A stretch of 56,828 bases of DNA, the filler included, from Jimgerdemannia flammicorona (taxonomy: Eukaryota): assembly GCA_003990765.1 (NCBI GenBank). It is 3 parts of 3 records of this genome, joined end to end, with 100 filler letters (N's around TTAATTAATTAA, not from the genome) between each part and the next. Parts side by side here need not be neighbours in the genome. Positions count along the whole stretch, not along the records: positions 1 to 18,883 come from RBNJ01002083.1; positions 18,984 to 37,857 come from RBNJ01002084.1; 1 more part is not named here. The stretch is one strand, 5' to 3'. The notes under the pieces are model-generated. The model was given only the letters and a program-made list of their open reading frames with translations. It searched no databases and was not told where the DNA came from. A program made the translations under genes and the position numbers. This document shows positions 11,947 to 24,393 of this stretch, piece by piece. Numbering within the stretch: the first letter of the stretch is position 1; each line of letters starts with the position of its first letter.

Positions 11947-14324
11947 AGGCACCTTCCGTATTTATTAGCGTATATACTGGTGGCAAAAATTATTTATGCT
12001 GTAGTCATCCGTAAGGTATTTAACCTGTGTTGAAAATATTTATATTCTACTTTATTCGCTGTATATATTAGTGTATTATTGTTTATTGGAACACAATAAA
12101 TAAGCTTTTCGTGATTTGCCAACGAACAGATCGAGACAATGAGATACGTTTGATAATAGGATCCCTGTATATTCAAACCAACACTAACTAAATACAATAC
12201 CACGTTAATAGTGTATGCATGGGTAAGGTAGTCAGGAACATCCACTTATAATGCTCCCAATAATACAAAATCAAGTCGAGCCTCCTCTCATTTGTTTGTC
12301 ATCACAAACGCCCATTCTCAACAACGTGGGCAACTCGCAAACGTCGTCCTCGTTAATACCGTCCTCGCCGTCATCGTCCTCGTCATTCCGGCCCTCGTCG
12401 ACATCATCCTCAGCTTCCTAACGCGGTCCTCGCCAACACGGTCGCCCTCACCAAATTGAGCCGACGCCATCCACGCCGAACCCAAAGATGTCGTGCATGC
12501 ACCTGTACGGCGTAGACGGTTTCATCAGAAGCTCGGGGGATGATGCACGCGGGCCAGCCGTAGACCAGGAATTATCGATGTGTTCGGTCCAGAGCAATAG
12601 CGGTAGCGGAAGACGGAGCCGTTCGAGTGGCATATATATCAAAGACTTATAGTTGATAACCCGCAAACGTGGTTGTCGTTTTTAGCGTATTGTGTCGCAT
12701 CGGTAACGATTGCGATGGGGTACCGATTTGCAACGTTCAGGGCAGCACAGAGGGGCACGCCACAACGTGTAGAGAAACCCGGTGCAAAATACACTATATT
12801 TCTTGAATTGATACGATGGGTACAAAAAGCGCAACTGGTTATTTTTAAAGAACGTGATGTATGTGCAAACAACCCGAATTTAGTTGGACTAGCTCTAAAT
12901 TCCGCCTACTTTTGGTGCGGTGTCTTAACAATTTCAAATGATTTTGGCGCCATCGATTTACGAGTATGTGGTATGGTGCACCAAGTCTATATATACATGC
13001 TCAAAAAATTTTGACGCCTATCTTTGAGGCAATATTACTCCCACTTACACAAACATTTTTTTTAAAAACAGCTTCATTCCATTGTAGGAAAAATAGTTAG
13101 CTATAATTTATAAAGTCCATTTTTAATATATATATTTTTGAAGAATAAGCCTTTGAAAAAAAAACTCATTTTTGACTGGTAATGGTCCTGGGTTATCACT
13201 ATAATATAGCTTATAAGTTGTTATGATCATGTAATCATAAGTGGAAGTTTGGCCATTGTCTGCTTGTTGTTTATTATTTATTTATTCATTGTCTACTTGC
13301 TTGCTTCTATTGCTATTTTACTATATAGTATATCTGATCTTGAGATTTTTAATTATTTGTTTGAGTAAGTATTGAGTATATTATAGAGATTGAGAGATAT
13401 TTAGATATATTTATATTTCATTTATTTTTTATTTTATCTTACTCGCTTGTTTATCTTATTATTATTTATTTATTTATTCTTTATTACTACTTTATTTATT
13501 TATTATTTATTATCTATTAATAACTCACTCTGTTAGTCTCTATCTTATTTTTTTTCATTTGTTTATATCTTTTAACTTTTACTATTACTCTACTATTATT
13601 ACTTATCTCTTCTACTATTACTTATTCATCTCTTTTACTATTTCTAATTTATTTCTTCCACCATCACTCATTCATCTCTTCCACTGTTGCTCATTTATCT
13701 CTTCTGCTATTGTCAATTGAAGAGACCATTGGTAGGTAGTAGATAAAAAATACAAGACAATTACTTTTGAACATCCATTTTTGCTCCAGCTCCTAGATCA
13801 ATGAATGTCCTCATACCCTTCGATGCTTTTCTTTTTCCGTGTCTTGCTCTTTCCTCGAGACGGTTGAGTCCGTCAATTACAATTCCTTACGACTGCTATT
13901 TTTCGGGACTCGCCGGCTTGTGTAATGTAGGTCTTGGCACACTATACCGACCACAAAATCTCGGACCGCCATGTCGTCATTGCACTGCTCAGGGGTTGTC
14001 CTGCAACGGTGCAAATCGGGAAAGGTACTGCACATGGGTCATGACAACAATGCCTGGTTTGGGCTGTCATTGTACGTCATGTTCTGCTGGCGTGGAACCT
14101 TGATCCAGTAGCGAAGATGGACGGTTCCGTCGTCGATTTCGACCATGTTTGTGCATGTGCGGATGTTATCCGACATAATTGTATTGTGCGAAAAAATTTC
14201 CAAGGAAACTACGCGAGCCCTATCTTACAATGTTTAAATACATATACTACAGGTTATACATTCTAGTTTGCTGCACAGCGTGAGAGGAGGAGGGGGGGGC
14301 ATATTATTGTAACAATTTGAAAGT

Positions 14325-15804
14325 TTAAACGATGTCGGAATCGCTCTTCACCGAGTGCTCTTGTACCAGCCCGTTGGCTGATGAAGGCTTAATGTCGAGC
14401 ATCTCAATGCTCTGCGTGCTGGACGTCCGTTCCAACGTCATGCCAGACTTGCTCTTGCTTGTGTTGCAATTCGTGAGCCTGTTCGTGTCTTTCGAGAGCA
14501 TGTGGACACCACAAGCCTCGCAGTACGAACCCGATTGACTCTTGTTATCATCGCGATCGCCACACAGTGCCTCGACGATGAGGGTGGACTCGGCTAAATT
14601 GAAGTATGTGGTCAGATCGTTTGAGGCGGTCCCTAGGAAGCTGGTGACCTTGATGAAGTTCATGAAAAAGTTGCAGCAGAGGCCAATGATGAGGTAGATG
14701 AGGGATTTTCGGGCCATCCGCTCGACAAAATTGCTTTTGCGGTTGCTACCCTCGATAACCCATCGGTATTCCGAAGCGTGTTTTCGCAATCTGTCATTGC
14801 GGGGAAGGATATTTTTTGCTCAGGTAAGAAAATTAAGCAAAAGACAATTTACCCACACGTAGCCCTTTTGACTCACCTGTAAACGAACAGGCCACCAAAG
14901 AACAAGTTGGCAAGAGTATCGCCGATAAAGCCCAGGATCAAAACGCCTGGCTCCCATACTATGTAGCATACGACAAGGTCATTCGAGCCTGCTGGTTGGT
15001 GAGCATTGTCGATGATATCTCGTTGCGATATAAAGTATGTTCCGACCTCATATGGCCAGTCTGAAACACAAAAGAGTGAACCATATCAGCGTCTGGAGAG
15101 CGGGAGGGAGGGGGGACCCTATCATTGTGACATCGGTTATAATTTAATACCTGCAAACCGGAGCAGGAGCAAAACGCTGCCGACAATCTTGATCATACGG
15201 ATTTGCTGAGGTTTCTCAAATACGATAAGGCACCGCAGCAGCAAAACGGCTTCCATAAACAGGTACATCAAGTGCCAAAGACTACCAAAGATAAAAAAAA
15301 TGATTGAATTAAGTTTTGGAAGGTGAGCGCGACACAACTCTGGTAAATACGCAACAGGTGACGGAAATACGTACGTAACGCCTATGGGGAAAATCCAACA
15401 GGACTGTATTTTAAACAGGCCTTGGGTGCCACTGATGATGCGCACCGAAAACAAGACGACCACCTGAAGCAGATTGAGGAGGTGGCTACAATTGAAGAAG
15501 GCTTTTTGTTGAGTATAAAGTTGCGGCAATTGCAGACATGGTATCGGCATGAATTGTTGACGGGAAGGATGAAGACTTACATCAATTTTCTTGTGCGCCT
15601 CAACTGGCGCCCGCACATAAATGCGTTTCGAATGGAGATCACCTTTCATTTCGAAACCCAGCGAGTTAGACGATGATGGTCGTGTAATGGATGATGCGGG
15701 GATAAATGGACAGGAAAGGATGGAGAACGCACAATGGAGAGCCAACTGCCAATCATATCCAGATTATTGAACACAGATGTCCAATATTCGTTGAGGACGA
15801 TCAT
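14325..15804 (-). CDS. 7-transmembrane GPCR-like protein (~341 aa), 6 exons
   Basis: Exons 15804-15733, 15642-15581, 15485-15375, 15281-15151, 15060-14877 and 14790-14325 give 1026 nt with matching phases and GT-AG introns. About seven hydrophobic segments, Cys at the top of TM3 (QSCW) and in ECL2 (VVCY), and a Ser/Thr-rich C-tail. Confidence 0.85.
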
Positions 15805-18800
15805 GTCGTAGAGTTGAATGACCGATGGGTTACAAGGAAATTTTGACTGTGGGGCGGAGGGTTTAATTTATAGTGCCTAACCCCTCCTGATCGACGTTGG
15901 CGGGCGCAATTAAGTGTGGATCACAAGACTTTTGGGAATTACACAAACAATCTCCATAAGCATCTGTAGCGACCGTATTGAGGGTAGGCGAAGACTCAAA
16001 ACCTCCAACCTTGAGTTCCCATTTCATTTTGACGCGTGCCAGAATGTGTGTGACAAAATTCACTTTGGGACATTTCTTCGGGAGCGTCGATTATTCGATC
16101 GTGGTCTGTGGGAAGTTTACGTAATGGCCATGTGGGGCGGGGGGCGGTAAAGTGTTCATCCGCCAATTATGTTTTCGGTGCGAATCCGAGTCCCTGGGGA
16201 CTTTTTGATGACAACACGATAGCGCGGCAAGGTAGGTTTAGCAAAAATCCGAACTTAACTACGAAAACCATGATGCAATACCGTCCCAGAATCTCAATCT
16301 CGCTGTCTTTTCCGCGGCCGGTTGACAGTGAGCATGTGATTGCGAGAGTTAGCTCGTTGGCCGGACTGGTGATAGATAGTGTCACCGGGGAGACCATAAA
16401 CAAAGGCAAGTATCACCAATAGACGATCCCGATTTTCGAGAATCAACAATGAAACCGGGCAGAGGTTATGAATTCCCACCAATACTCGCATCTCTCCTGA
16501 TCTCGTCGATAACTCCGAAAACGAGCCGAACCGAACCGATCTGCTAGCCTGCTTGGTCTACATAAAAAAAAAGTTGCCACCAACGCCATCCATAAACCAA
16601 AACGCCACCTGTTCACGCTCTTGCAAGAAAATTGGCCCTTTCCTAATTAATAGCTCAGCCGAACGCGGCACCAAAGATCTTCATGCGTACAGTACTTTAG
16701 GTACACCAGCCAGAGGTATTGGTATATAAATGCCTTGTGCTTTGTGACACGTCTGACCAATGAACCCGTGTAACATACCCCACCAAATTACCCTGTCATC
16801 CTTGAGAACCAAAGTGCACGAACTTTTCATTAAATCCGTGGGAGAGACCAGCCACGTAGCCAGCACAGATCTTTCCCTCGGCTCAAGCCAGTTCCACATG
16901 GGGCGAGCCCAAAGCGGAGAGCAGCCCCACAACAGGGCCACCTGTTTCTGCACGGCGCATTCCTTGTTATAGGAAACACGTTTGGGGTTTTTTTTACCCA
17001 TGTTACGCAATTTTGGGTAGACGGCAAAACCTAAATTGCGGTAATGCTGTAGATTAAAATGTATATTCAGTTTTGTGAATACAAATGTCGAGAAAAGGGA
17101 TTAAAAATTGAAGCGACTTTTTCAAAGTTACATACGATACCATTGAATAAAGTCGATAAGACCAATTACTTTTCAAAAATATAATATATTATTATTATAA
17201 TGTAATTATTTCTCATGCTTTAATCATATACGCATCGATTGCAATTAGCAACCCACACGCTTCCAAAATGACAACACTGGTCACAAAAAACCTGTCTGTG
17301 AGGCAAAAATTAATTCTCAGACCTCCAGTCACCCCACGAAATCATTGCCATAAACAATCTGCATAACCCATGAAGGGTGAACCCAAAAATAATTGCCCTT
17401 TGAACATTTATATTCAACTAGTGCGATTTCTCGATTTCGGAAACTCCTTGATCACTTTCCCTGCGTCTGTCAAACACTGATCGCAGGTCGAGAGTCAGTG
17501 AACCCACGTGGTGGAAGCGTCAGTCGCGGGAACCGAACCGCGTGCCCACCTGCCGATTTTGTCGTTTATGACGGGGGGGTTGGGGCCCACGCCCGACGAA
17601 GGACTGCACCTGAGGTTCCCGCGCCAAAAAGATGTCCCCGTTAGGAATTCGTCCGTTCACATAGTCACAAGCCACTAACGAATTGGTTGGGAGTCTGCTT
17701 CAACTTGGGGGGGTATGGTTCAGTGGAGGTGTCGTATTGTATATACGAAATTTCGGCTCTGGTCCCGCGTTATTAGTGCAAGTCTGACCAAATGAATAAT
17801 CAAACGTAGCTATATACGTATCTTACACATCTGCGATTCAGAGTTTCGGATCGAAAAATGTGGAAAACACCTCATGGAGTGTACCCAGAGCGACATGGAG
17901 CCCACGAGGCGGAGCTAGGGCGATGTTCTTTTGGCGTTTTCGGGTTGAGAGAGGATTAGGATGGGGTCGGCGGTGGCGTAGGTTAGAATTTGCAGATCTA
18001 GCTTGTGAAACACGCTTGAGGACGTGGTAGAATTTGCAGATCATGCCGTTTTTAGCTGGTGAAACACGTAGGTCGACATTATTGTACGACATTTCCTATT
18101 CCTACAATTTACAACGAAGATCGAAAAATTTTTCTCTCCTTTTTTTGGAGAAGGAGAATTGGGGGAATGGTGGAGATTAATGTGCCAGAAATCTCCTTAT
18201 GTGCAAGCGTGCATGCATTGAAAGTCATTGACATCCCGATGGACTCTTGGAGAGGCAGTTACCTCAGGCATTCGTGAATTTTTAGGGTTAATGCTGTCAT
18301 TTTGTATAATGAATGAACAGGACACAACCACAAAATGACCATTGACTGCGATAATAGCAGGTCATAACAGGTTGAATCTGAGAACAATCACCTGATAGGC
18401 TGCTGACTTTTGCCAAGCATTCGCAAAAGCTATAAATGTTTGCGCATGGACGCGATGACATTTTCGGGTCGCGTCCGGGGTTTCCGCTTCAAGTGAGTCC
18501 CGAAGTTCCGCATTAGAACCAATGTGCGCGCGACGCGTGCTGGAGGATGTGTATAATCAATAAAACTCGGGAAGACGGAAGCCAATCGTATTCCCGCGGA
18601 ATGTGTAGCTAAGCAATTCACGTGAGTAGATGGAAATTGTGGTAAGCAATTATAACAAGACAGTTGCATCACGCCATTTAGTTTTCACTCAGGGGTGCGT
18701 ATTCTGTAAGTCGAACTGCATGCGGTGAGTATAGGAGCGTCGCGATAAACGGGTTGGCGAGTGTGCGGGGCGTAAAAAATTGTTGGGAACACACATATGT

Positions 18801-18883
18801 AGCAAAATGCATGTTCGTGTGAAATGGGCTATATAAGGCAATGAAGCGTTGATGTAACTTGTGTGTAGTATGTGTGTTACCAA

Positions 18884-18983
18884 NNNNNNNNNNNNNNNNN
18901 NNNNNNNNNNNNNNNNNNNNNNNNNNNTTAATTAATTAANNNNNNNNNNNNNNNNNNNNNNNNNNNNNNNNNNNNNNNNNNNN
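18884..18983. other. Assembly gap with TTAATTAATTAA linker
   Basis: 100-bp N run with a central six-frame-stop linker, identical in form to 37858-37957. Confidence 0.97.
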
Positions 18984-19086
18984 CCCTAACCCTAACCCTA
19001 ACCCTAACCCTAACCCTAACCCTAACCCTAACCCTAACCCTAACCCTAACCCTAATCCTACCCTAACCCTAACCCTAACCCTAACC
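18984..19086 (+). repeat. Telomeric repeat tract (CCCTAA)~17
   Basis: Direct reading, with a couple of variant units. The left end runs into the gap. Confidence 0.97.
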
Positions 19087-22000
19087 TCTCCCCTCCTTCG
19101 CCTCCCCATCAGCCAGCCCTGCTTCAAAGGCAGGTGGTACTGTAGCCATGATGAGTGACATAGTGATGGATTTAGAAGCTGAAGCTTCCACCTCAGGTGC
19201 TTCCCACACTGTTGGTGCTAATGTGCCTGGCCCACAATGAGAGTCGGGTTCCTCAATGCACATGGACTACCCCAGGACAAGTTTGATGTGCTCAGTCAGT
19301 TGATTGGTCCTGCTCTCGACATTCTTTTCATATGTGAAACGTGGTATATCTCGCTGTGTCCCTCTCCGCTCATTCACATGTCCTCCCCCCCGGTGTCGTA
19401 CAGAATTGTGGGTCACCAGAATGGTGGTCTCGTGGTCCTTGTGTCAAACTGTTTCACCCCCCTCATTTCTGGGTCCTCTGCCAACCCCTTCCATATCCGG
19501 CTCATGTTCTAGAGTCTGGCTTTGGTTGGGGTTTATGCCCCCCCCTCTCTTCCCATTGGTGGCTTCCATGATCTGGTGTCTAGACCCTTCCCGGATAAGG
19601 CCCTTTTGATCGGTGACATCAATACCTGCTTCGGTGCCTGCCTTGGTGACATCAACTCTGATCCCCATGATCAGATGGATGTCATCGACACCTCCCTGAT
19701 GACATGGTCATTGAACCACCTGACCCCGGTGGCTGGATCTATATGCGTTGATCACGCATTCGCCACCACATCCCTCCATACGTCCCTCACCTGCTCCACC
19801 CCTCCTGTCCCTACCGACCACCCCTCCCTCCTCACCATCTCCTTCCCCTTCTCCCTCTCACCAGTTGCTGCCTTGGCTGGCATCCGTCGCTACTCTGCGA
19901 GATACCTGACCGACTCGGTCATTCAAGCTCACCTTCAGGAATCAGCGGATATCGTTTGCGATACCGTTATCAGATCTATTTACTCTGTTAGGGACCACAT
20001 CGCCGGCTTTCGCTCTGTGGAAGATTGCCAGCAGTTTGTGGATTCTCTTGATGCTCTTTTGACCTCTAGTCTACAGTCTGTCTGTGAGGACATTCTTGGC
20101 TCGTATGATGCAAGAGAAATCAGAGCAGCGCCACTCCCTAGGTGTGACCTCCTTTGCAGTGCATCTTCGGTCTCTGATGCCATTCATGGTTTTAAGCGGG
20201 CGTACTGCTCCACCCCCCCCACTCCCCTCCAGTCCCACTCCCCCAATATCCTGGTGTTCGATGATGTGGTGGCTCACTTTACCACTATCTTCGGTCAGCC
20301 GGACACCTCCCTCTACCTCGATGACTCTGAAGACGTCTTCCCCCTCGGCATGGGTGCTCTTGGGCTGCAGTTTTGGTTTGACCAACCTACAGTTTGGAGG
20401 GCTATCCGCAGCTACCCCCTCTCAAAGGCATGTGGTGCTGACTCCTTGCATGTCTGGATCCTTCGGGTAATGGCAGGTGAGAAGGACGCCCCCTGTAGCC
20501 TTTCGAAGGCCCTTTCGTTCTTCTTCCAGATGTGTGTGGTCTGGGGGCTCACTTTCCGCCGCTGGAACTCAACCATCATCACCGCGGTCCCCAAGAAGGA
20601 GGAATTGCGAATGATTGATGGATTTCACCCTATTGCTCTGACTGAAATGTTTCATAGACTCTTTGAGCGGTATTTGGAAGGGTACGTCAAGAGCCGAAGT
20701 AGCCTGACAGAAATATCATGCTGCCAAGGTGGCTTCCGAACCCGCTTCTCATCCCTCTCTCATGTCTTGTTATCGCACGAAACGTGGGCTAAGGGATGGG
20801 ACCGCCATGTCTTTTTGGACCTCTGGCAGACGTATGATCGAGTCCTCCTCAAGTGCATTCTTTTCTACCTTAAGGCGCGAGGTGCTGATACAGTCCTCCT
20901 TAGTATTATCCAAAGCCTGTTCAATCACTGTTCTTATCAGATGGTTGTTAACGGCCTCATCACCCCTTCAGTCTCCACTGAGCGTGGCCTCTTTCAGGGC
21001 TCCCTCCTCTCCCCCTGGCTGTTTGATGTCTTCATTGACCCCCTCGCCGCCTCCTTTGATGAACAGTTCAAGGAGTACGACTTCCCCCTCAGGCTCTTCT
21101 TTGCTGATGATATTGCCCTCACCCCCCGCACTGCCGTAGAAGGGCAAAGGATGGTTGATTTTTGTGAGGATTGGCTTCAGGTGAACAGTATGGAGCTCAA
21201 TCTCAAGAAGTGTGGTTATGTTGGCCCAGCTGACTGTACTGTGCTGATTGGGGGCGAACCCTGCCTGCGACCCACCTCCTACGTATACCTGGGCATGCCA
21301 TACACCAATAAAGGATTTGACTTTGTCAGTCTTGCGTTGCAGAACACAGCGAAGGCAGAACAAACTCTCGGGTTCTGCCATGCCCGTGGTCCTCTTTGGT
21401 CACCAATGCTCAAGTTGGCCATCATACGAATATTCATTAGGCCTTAGCTAGAATATGGCCTCCCCCTCCTACATGCTTCCTATCCAGCTACTACCATGGG
21501 GCTTCAGGTATTGAAGCATCCCGAGCAGATCTTTGATGATGCTGTCTCTTGGCCGATTGGATTTTCCATCCATCCCTTGCTTGGCAGTTCGATTCTTGGT
21601 CTCCCTTTCTTTCTCGTCGCATGTCTGACCTCTGCTGCATGTTCCAAGCTCATCTGGATTGGTGTAGCAAGTTGGGCAACAACCCTATCAGCCCTCTTAG
21701 CGAGCACTTTGTCACACATCCCCCGGGTTCTATCATTGACAAGTTTCGGTGTTGGACCTCTTGGCTTGACTTCCTCGACTGGTACTGGGATCTCCATCTC
21801 TAGGTCCACAAGACTCGCTCGCTCCGCTCCTTTCTCCAGTCCTTCCTTCGGGATTAGTTGCTGCAGGAATGGGCCTCCTCCTCCCAGGCTCTCATTCGGT
21901 ATATTACCCCCAAAGTCCATTTACGGTCGTGGGGCGCCAATCGCATCCTTTCCTTCCCCCCCCGGCTTGTGCGTTCTGCTCTCGCCTGGTGCTATGGCTA

Positions 22001-22690
22001 TTTTGGCCAACCCTGCCCCTGCCCCTGTGGAGATAAGTTTCATCGTGGCCATCTCCTTAGGTGCGGTCTTCTCAATGGTTCATATTCTGCTTTCCGAGAT
22101 TCTTCAGATCGAGATGAACAACTTGACTGGTTTATCAATGACGAATGGCAGGGAGAACTTCATGCCTACCCTCTTCACGCTCTTCACGAGACAGCCTACC
22201 ATGCTAATGACGCTATGTGTAATTCTGGTGGCCACCTCGCGGTCGGGTTCTGTCTGACCGAGATTACAAAGATGCTTGGGTGATCGAGTGATCATACATT
22301 TACTTTACTTTTTTCTCTCCCCTCATTTGCCTCGGTTGGTTTCCCCATTGTTGAGAATGCATTGAGTTATTTATCTTATGTCAGACATTTGGTATTTGGT
22401 TGTTGATATAGTTCATATAGTAGGCGCCGGGCAAATGTGTATTATATCTTAGCCTTTCCTTTCTTTGCTTTTTGTATTTATTATCTCTATGGCCATGACA
22501 AAATGGTTTTATCCAGCCCATCCATAGGGTGGTCACCTCTCTGACCTTTGTTTTGTACTTCTTAGCTAGTTGTTTGCTTCACTGGTCTTGTTTTGCTTTT
22601 CTCATCTTAGGAGTCTTGTCTTTTGTTGCTCTGATATACCTTTCTTCTTTACAATAAATAAATTCTTGCTTGAAGCCTAACCCTAACCCT
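19087..22690 (+). mobile_element. Telomere-associated non-LTR retrotransposon family A, copy 1 (5'-truncated in ORF1)
   Basis: Begins at the position equivalent to ~24241 of copy 2. Contains APE-RT ORF2 and a 3' UTR with AATAAA, and ends in CCTAACCCTAACCCT (22676-22690). Confidence 0.95.
19237..22283 (+). pseudogene. LINE ORF2 (APE endonuclease, RT, C-terminal Cys/His motif), disrupted
   Basis: APE motifs FLNAHGL, FICETW, GVYAPP, IGDIN, VDHAF, TDH. RT motifs QGSLLSPWLF and FFADD. C-terminal CPCGDKFHRGHLLRC. Stops at 19510 and 21445, plus a frameshift. Confidence 0.93.
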
Positions 22691-22904
22691 AGCCACTCAT
22701 GTGATTTCCCCATTTGGCTATACTCGGCTTTACGGCCCGAAGCTATTCCAAATTAAGAAAGCAGTCACTTTGATTAGCTAAACCTCTCATCGGGTATAAA
22801 TACCCCCCTTCTCTATTATTTTTTCGTTACACAAACAAAGGTCATGTGACCCACATTTCACAATTTCACAAATACAAACAAATACACCTTCGCCTATTCT
22901 AACA

Positions 22905-24393
22905 ATGTTGGCCACCTCCTCTGTCATCAGTGATGATGGCAACGCCACCCATCTCTTTGCGCGTTTCGGTACCTCTCTCCGCTACACTGAATGTCACAGC
23001 ATTGGTCTTCTCTCCCTCGGCTTCGGCGAGGGTAGCCTTATGGCGATGTGCAGGTCATGCGGGGATGCACGACCGATATCATTGTATTTATCTTCCCTGC
23101 ACGTTGCAGAAGATGACGAAGAGATCGCGATCTATTCCAATTCGGACTATAACACCCAGCGCCACCCCTATTCCCCTACGCCCCCGCCCCTCAATCAGAA
23201 CAAGCGTGATTGCCCAAACACTAGTTTGGGAATGACCCTGACTACCGGTCATGCAGGCCCCTCAGCCGACCCCGATCTAGTCACAGAGATGGCCGCGATA
23301 AGGAAGCAGATCTCGGATCTGCTGACTCAAGTGGCTAAACTGGCCAAGATCAATGCCCAGCTGATGGCGCAGCTTGCTGCGTATCATGCGCCCACCGCCC
23401 CCCCATCATCTGGTACTCCTTCGGGAAGTACCCCCACCGCCCCTTCCACATCTGCCCCCCCCAAGTCCTTGGCCCTCCCTCCTACTAGTCCTGCCGTGAA
23501 TACGTAGTCGAAGGCCCAGAAGCGAGCAGACAAGCGGGCCGCCAAAGCTGCTACATTGCAGTCTAGTGCGCTGCCGAAGGAGGTAACTCCCACGGCTGTG
23601 CCTCCAGCTACCTAAGCTGTACCCCCTAAAAAGGGCAAGGCCAAGGCTCCCGGACCAGTGCCCCAGGTTACGCCTGAGGGACCCAGTGCCACCGGTCCGT
23701 CTTCGTCCTCTGCTTCGGCCCCCGCCCCCCCCAAATCATATGCCACTGCCGCCAAGAAGGTTTCTATCAAGGATAGGACTCAGGCCTACTCCGAGATGGA
23801 AAGGGCAGCTGCCGCTACTGCCCTTTCATACATGACCCACAAGCCGACCTCTCATTTGTCGCTGACTGAGAAGGGCACTAGGCTGCAGTATGTTTACGTC
23901 GACAGATTTGCCCATCTGAAGATCGGGCAGATCCTGAAGAACTTGTATGATGTTGTCCAAAGTTCTCAACATGTCGTACGTCTCAGCGTCGACCATCAAA
24001 TTCCTTCTCCACCCTGATTATGTCACAGCATTCCAAAAGAAGATGAAGGCGCTCGGGTTCTCAGTGCTGTCACCCTGAGACCCCATGCTCCCATGCAACA
24101 AGAATGCCACGGAGGCCATGAAGACGCGGGTCCTCCAATCATTCCATGCTCGGGTCCGGCAGTTGCCTGGCGAAGCCACTGCAAAGAGGCCAAAGGTGCA
24201 GACCTTCTACCGAGCTTGGGCTGCGGAACTCGGCCTTACTCTCTCCTCTCCCACCTCCCCGTCAGCCAGCCCTGCTTCAAAGGCAGGTGGTACTGTGGCC
24301 ATGACAGGTGATATGGCAATGGATTTGGAAGCTGAAGCTTCTGCCTCAGGTGCTTCCCATGCTGTTGATGCTAACGCGCCCAGCCCACAATGA
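22905..24393 (+). pseudogene. LINE ORF1 (gag-like), disrupted
   Basis: Coiled coil LVTEMAAIRKQISDLLTQVAKLAKINAQL, a Pro/Ser/Thr linker and a KSYATAAKK motif. Its stop overlaps the ORF2 start (ATGA). The start could instead be the ATG at 23232. Confidence 0.75.

Noticed and set aside
12270..12670. Acidic EDD-rich minus-strand stretch
   Set aside because: Short, frame-broken and low complexity; product cannot be assigned.
13801..14103. Cys-rich ORF with PPCRHCTAQGLSC resembling half a Zn2Cys6 cluster
   Set aside because: The first half of the motif is absent and there is no supporting gene structure.
15137..15745. 202-aa ORF as a single-exon gene
   Set aside because: It reads through introns of the six-exon 7TM gene.
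15900..18883. Many short ORFs upstream of the 7TM gene
   Set aside because: No recognisable domains or consistent splice models; treated as intergenic.
18928..18939. TTAATTAATTAA palindrome (also at 37902-37913)
   Set aside because: Artificial gap linker inside N runs.
18936..19127. ORF with VRVRVR/GLGLGL repeats
   Set aside because: Translation of telomeric repeats and Ns.
21496..22257. 253-aa ORF and similar alternative-frame ORFs in the LINEs (also 31727-32413)
   Set aside because: Shadow frames of C/T-rich LINE ORF2 sequence.
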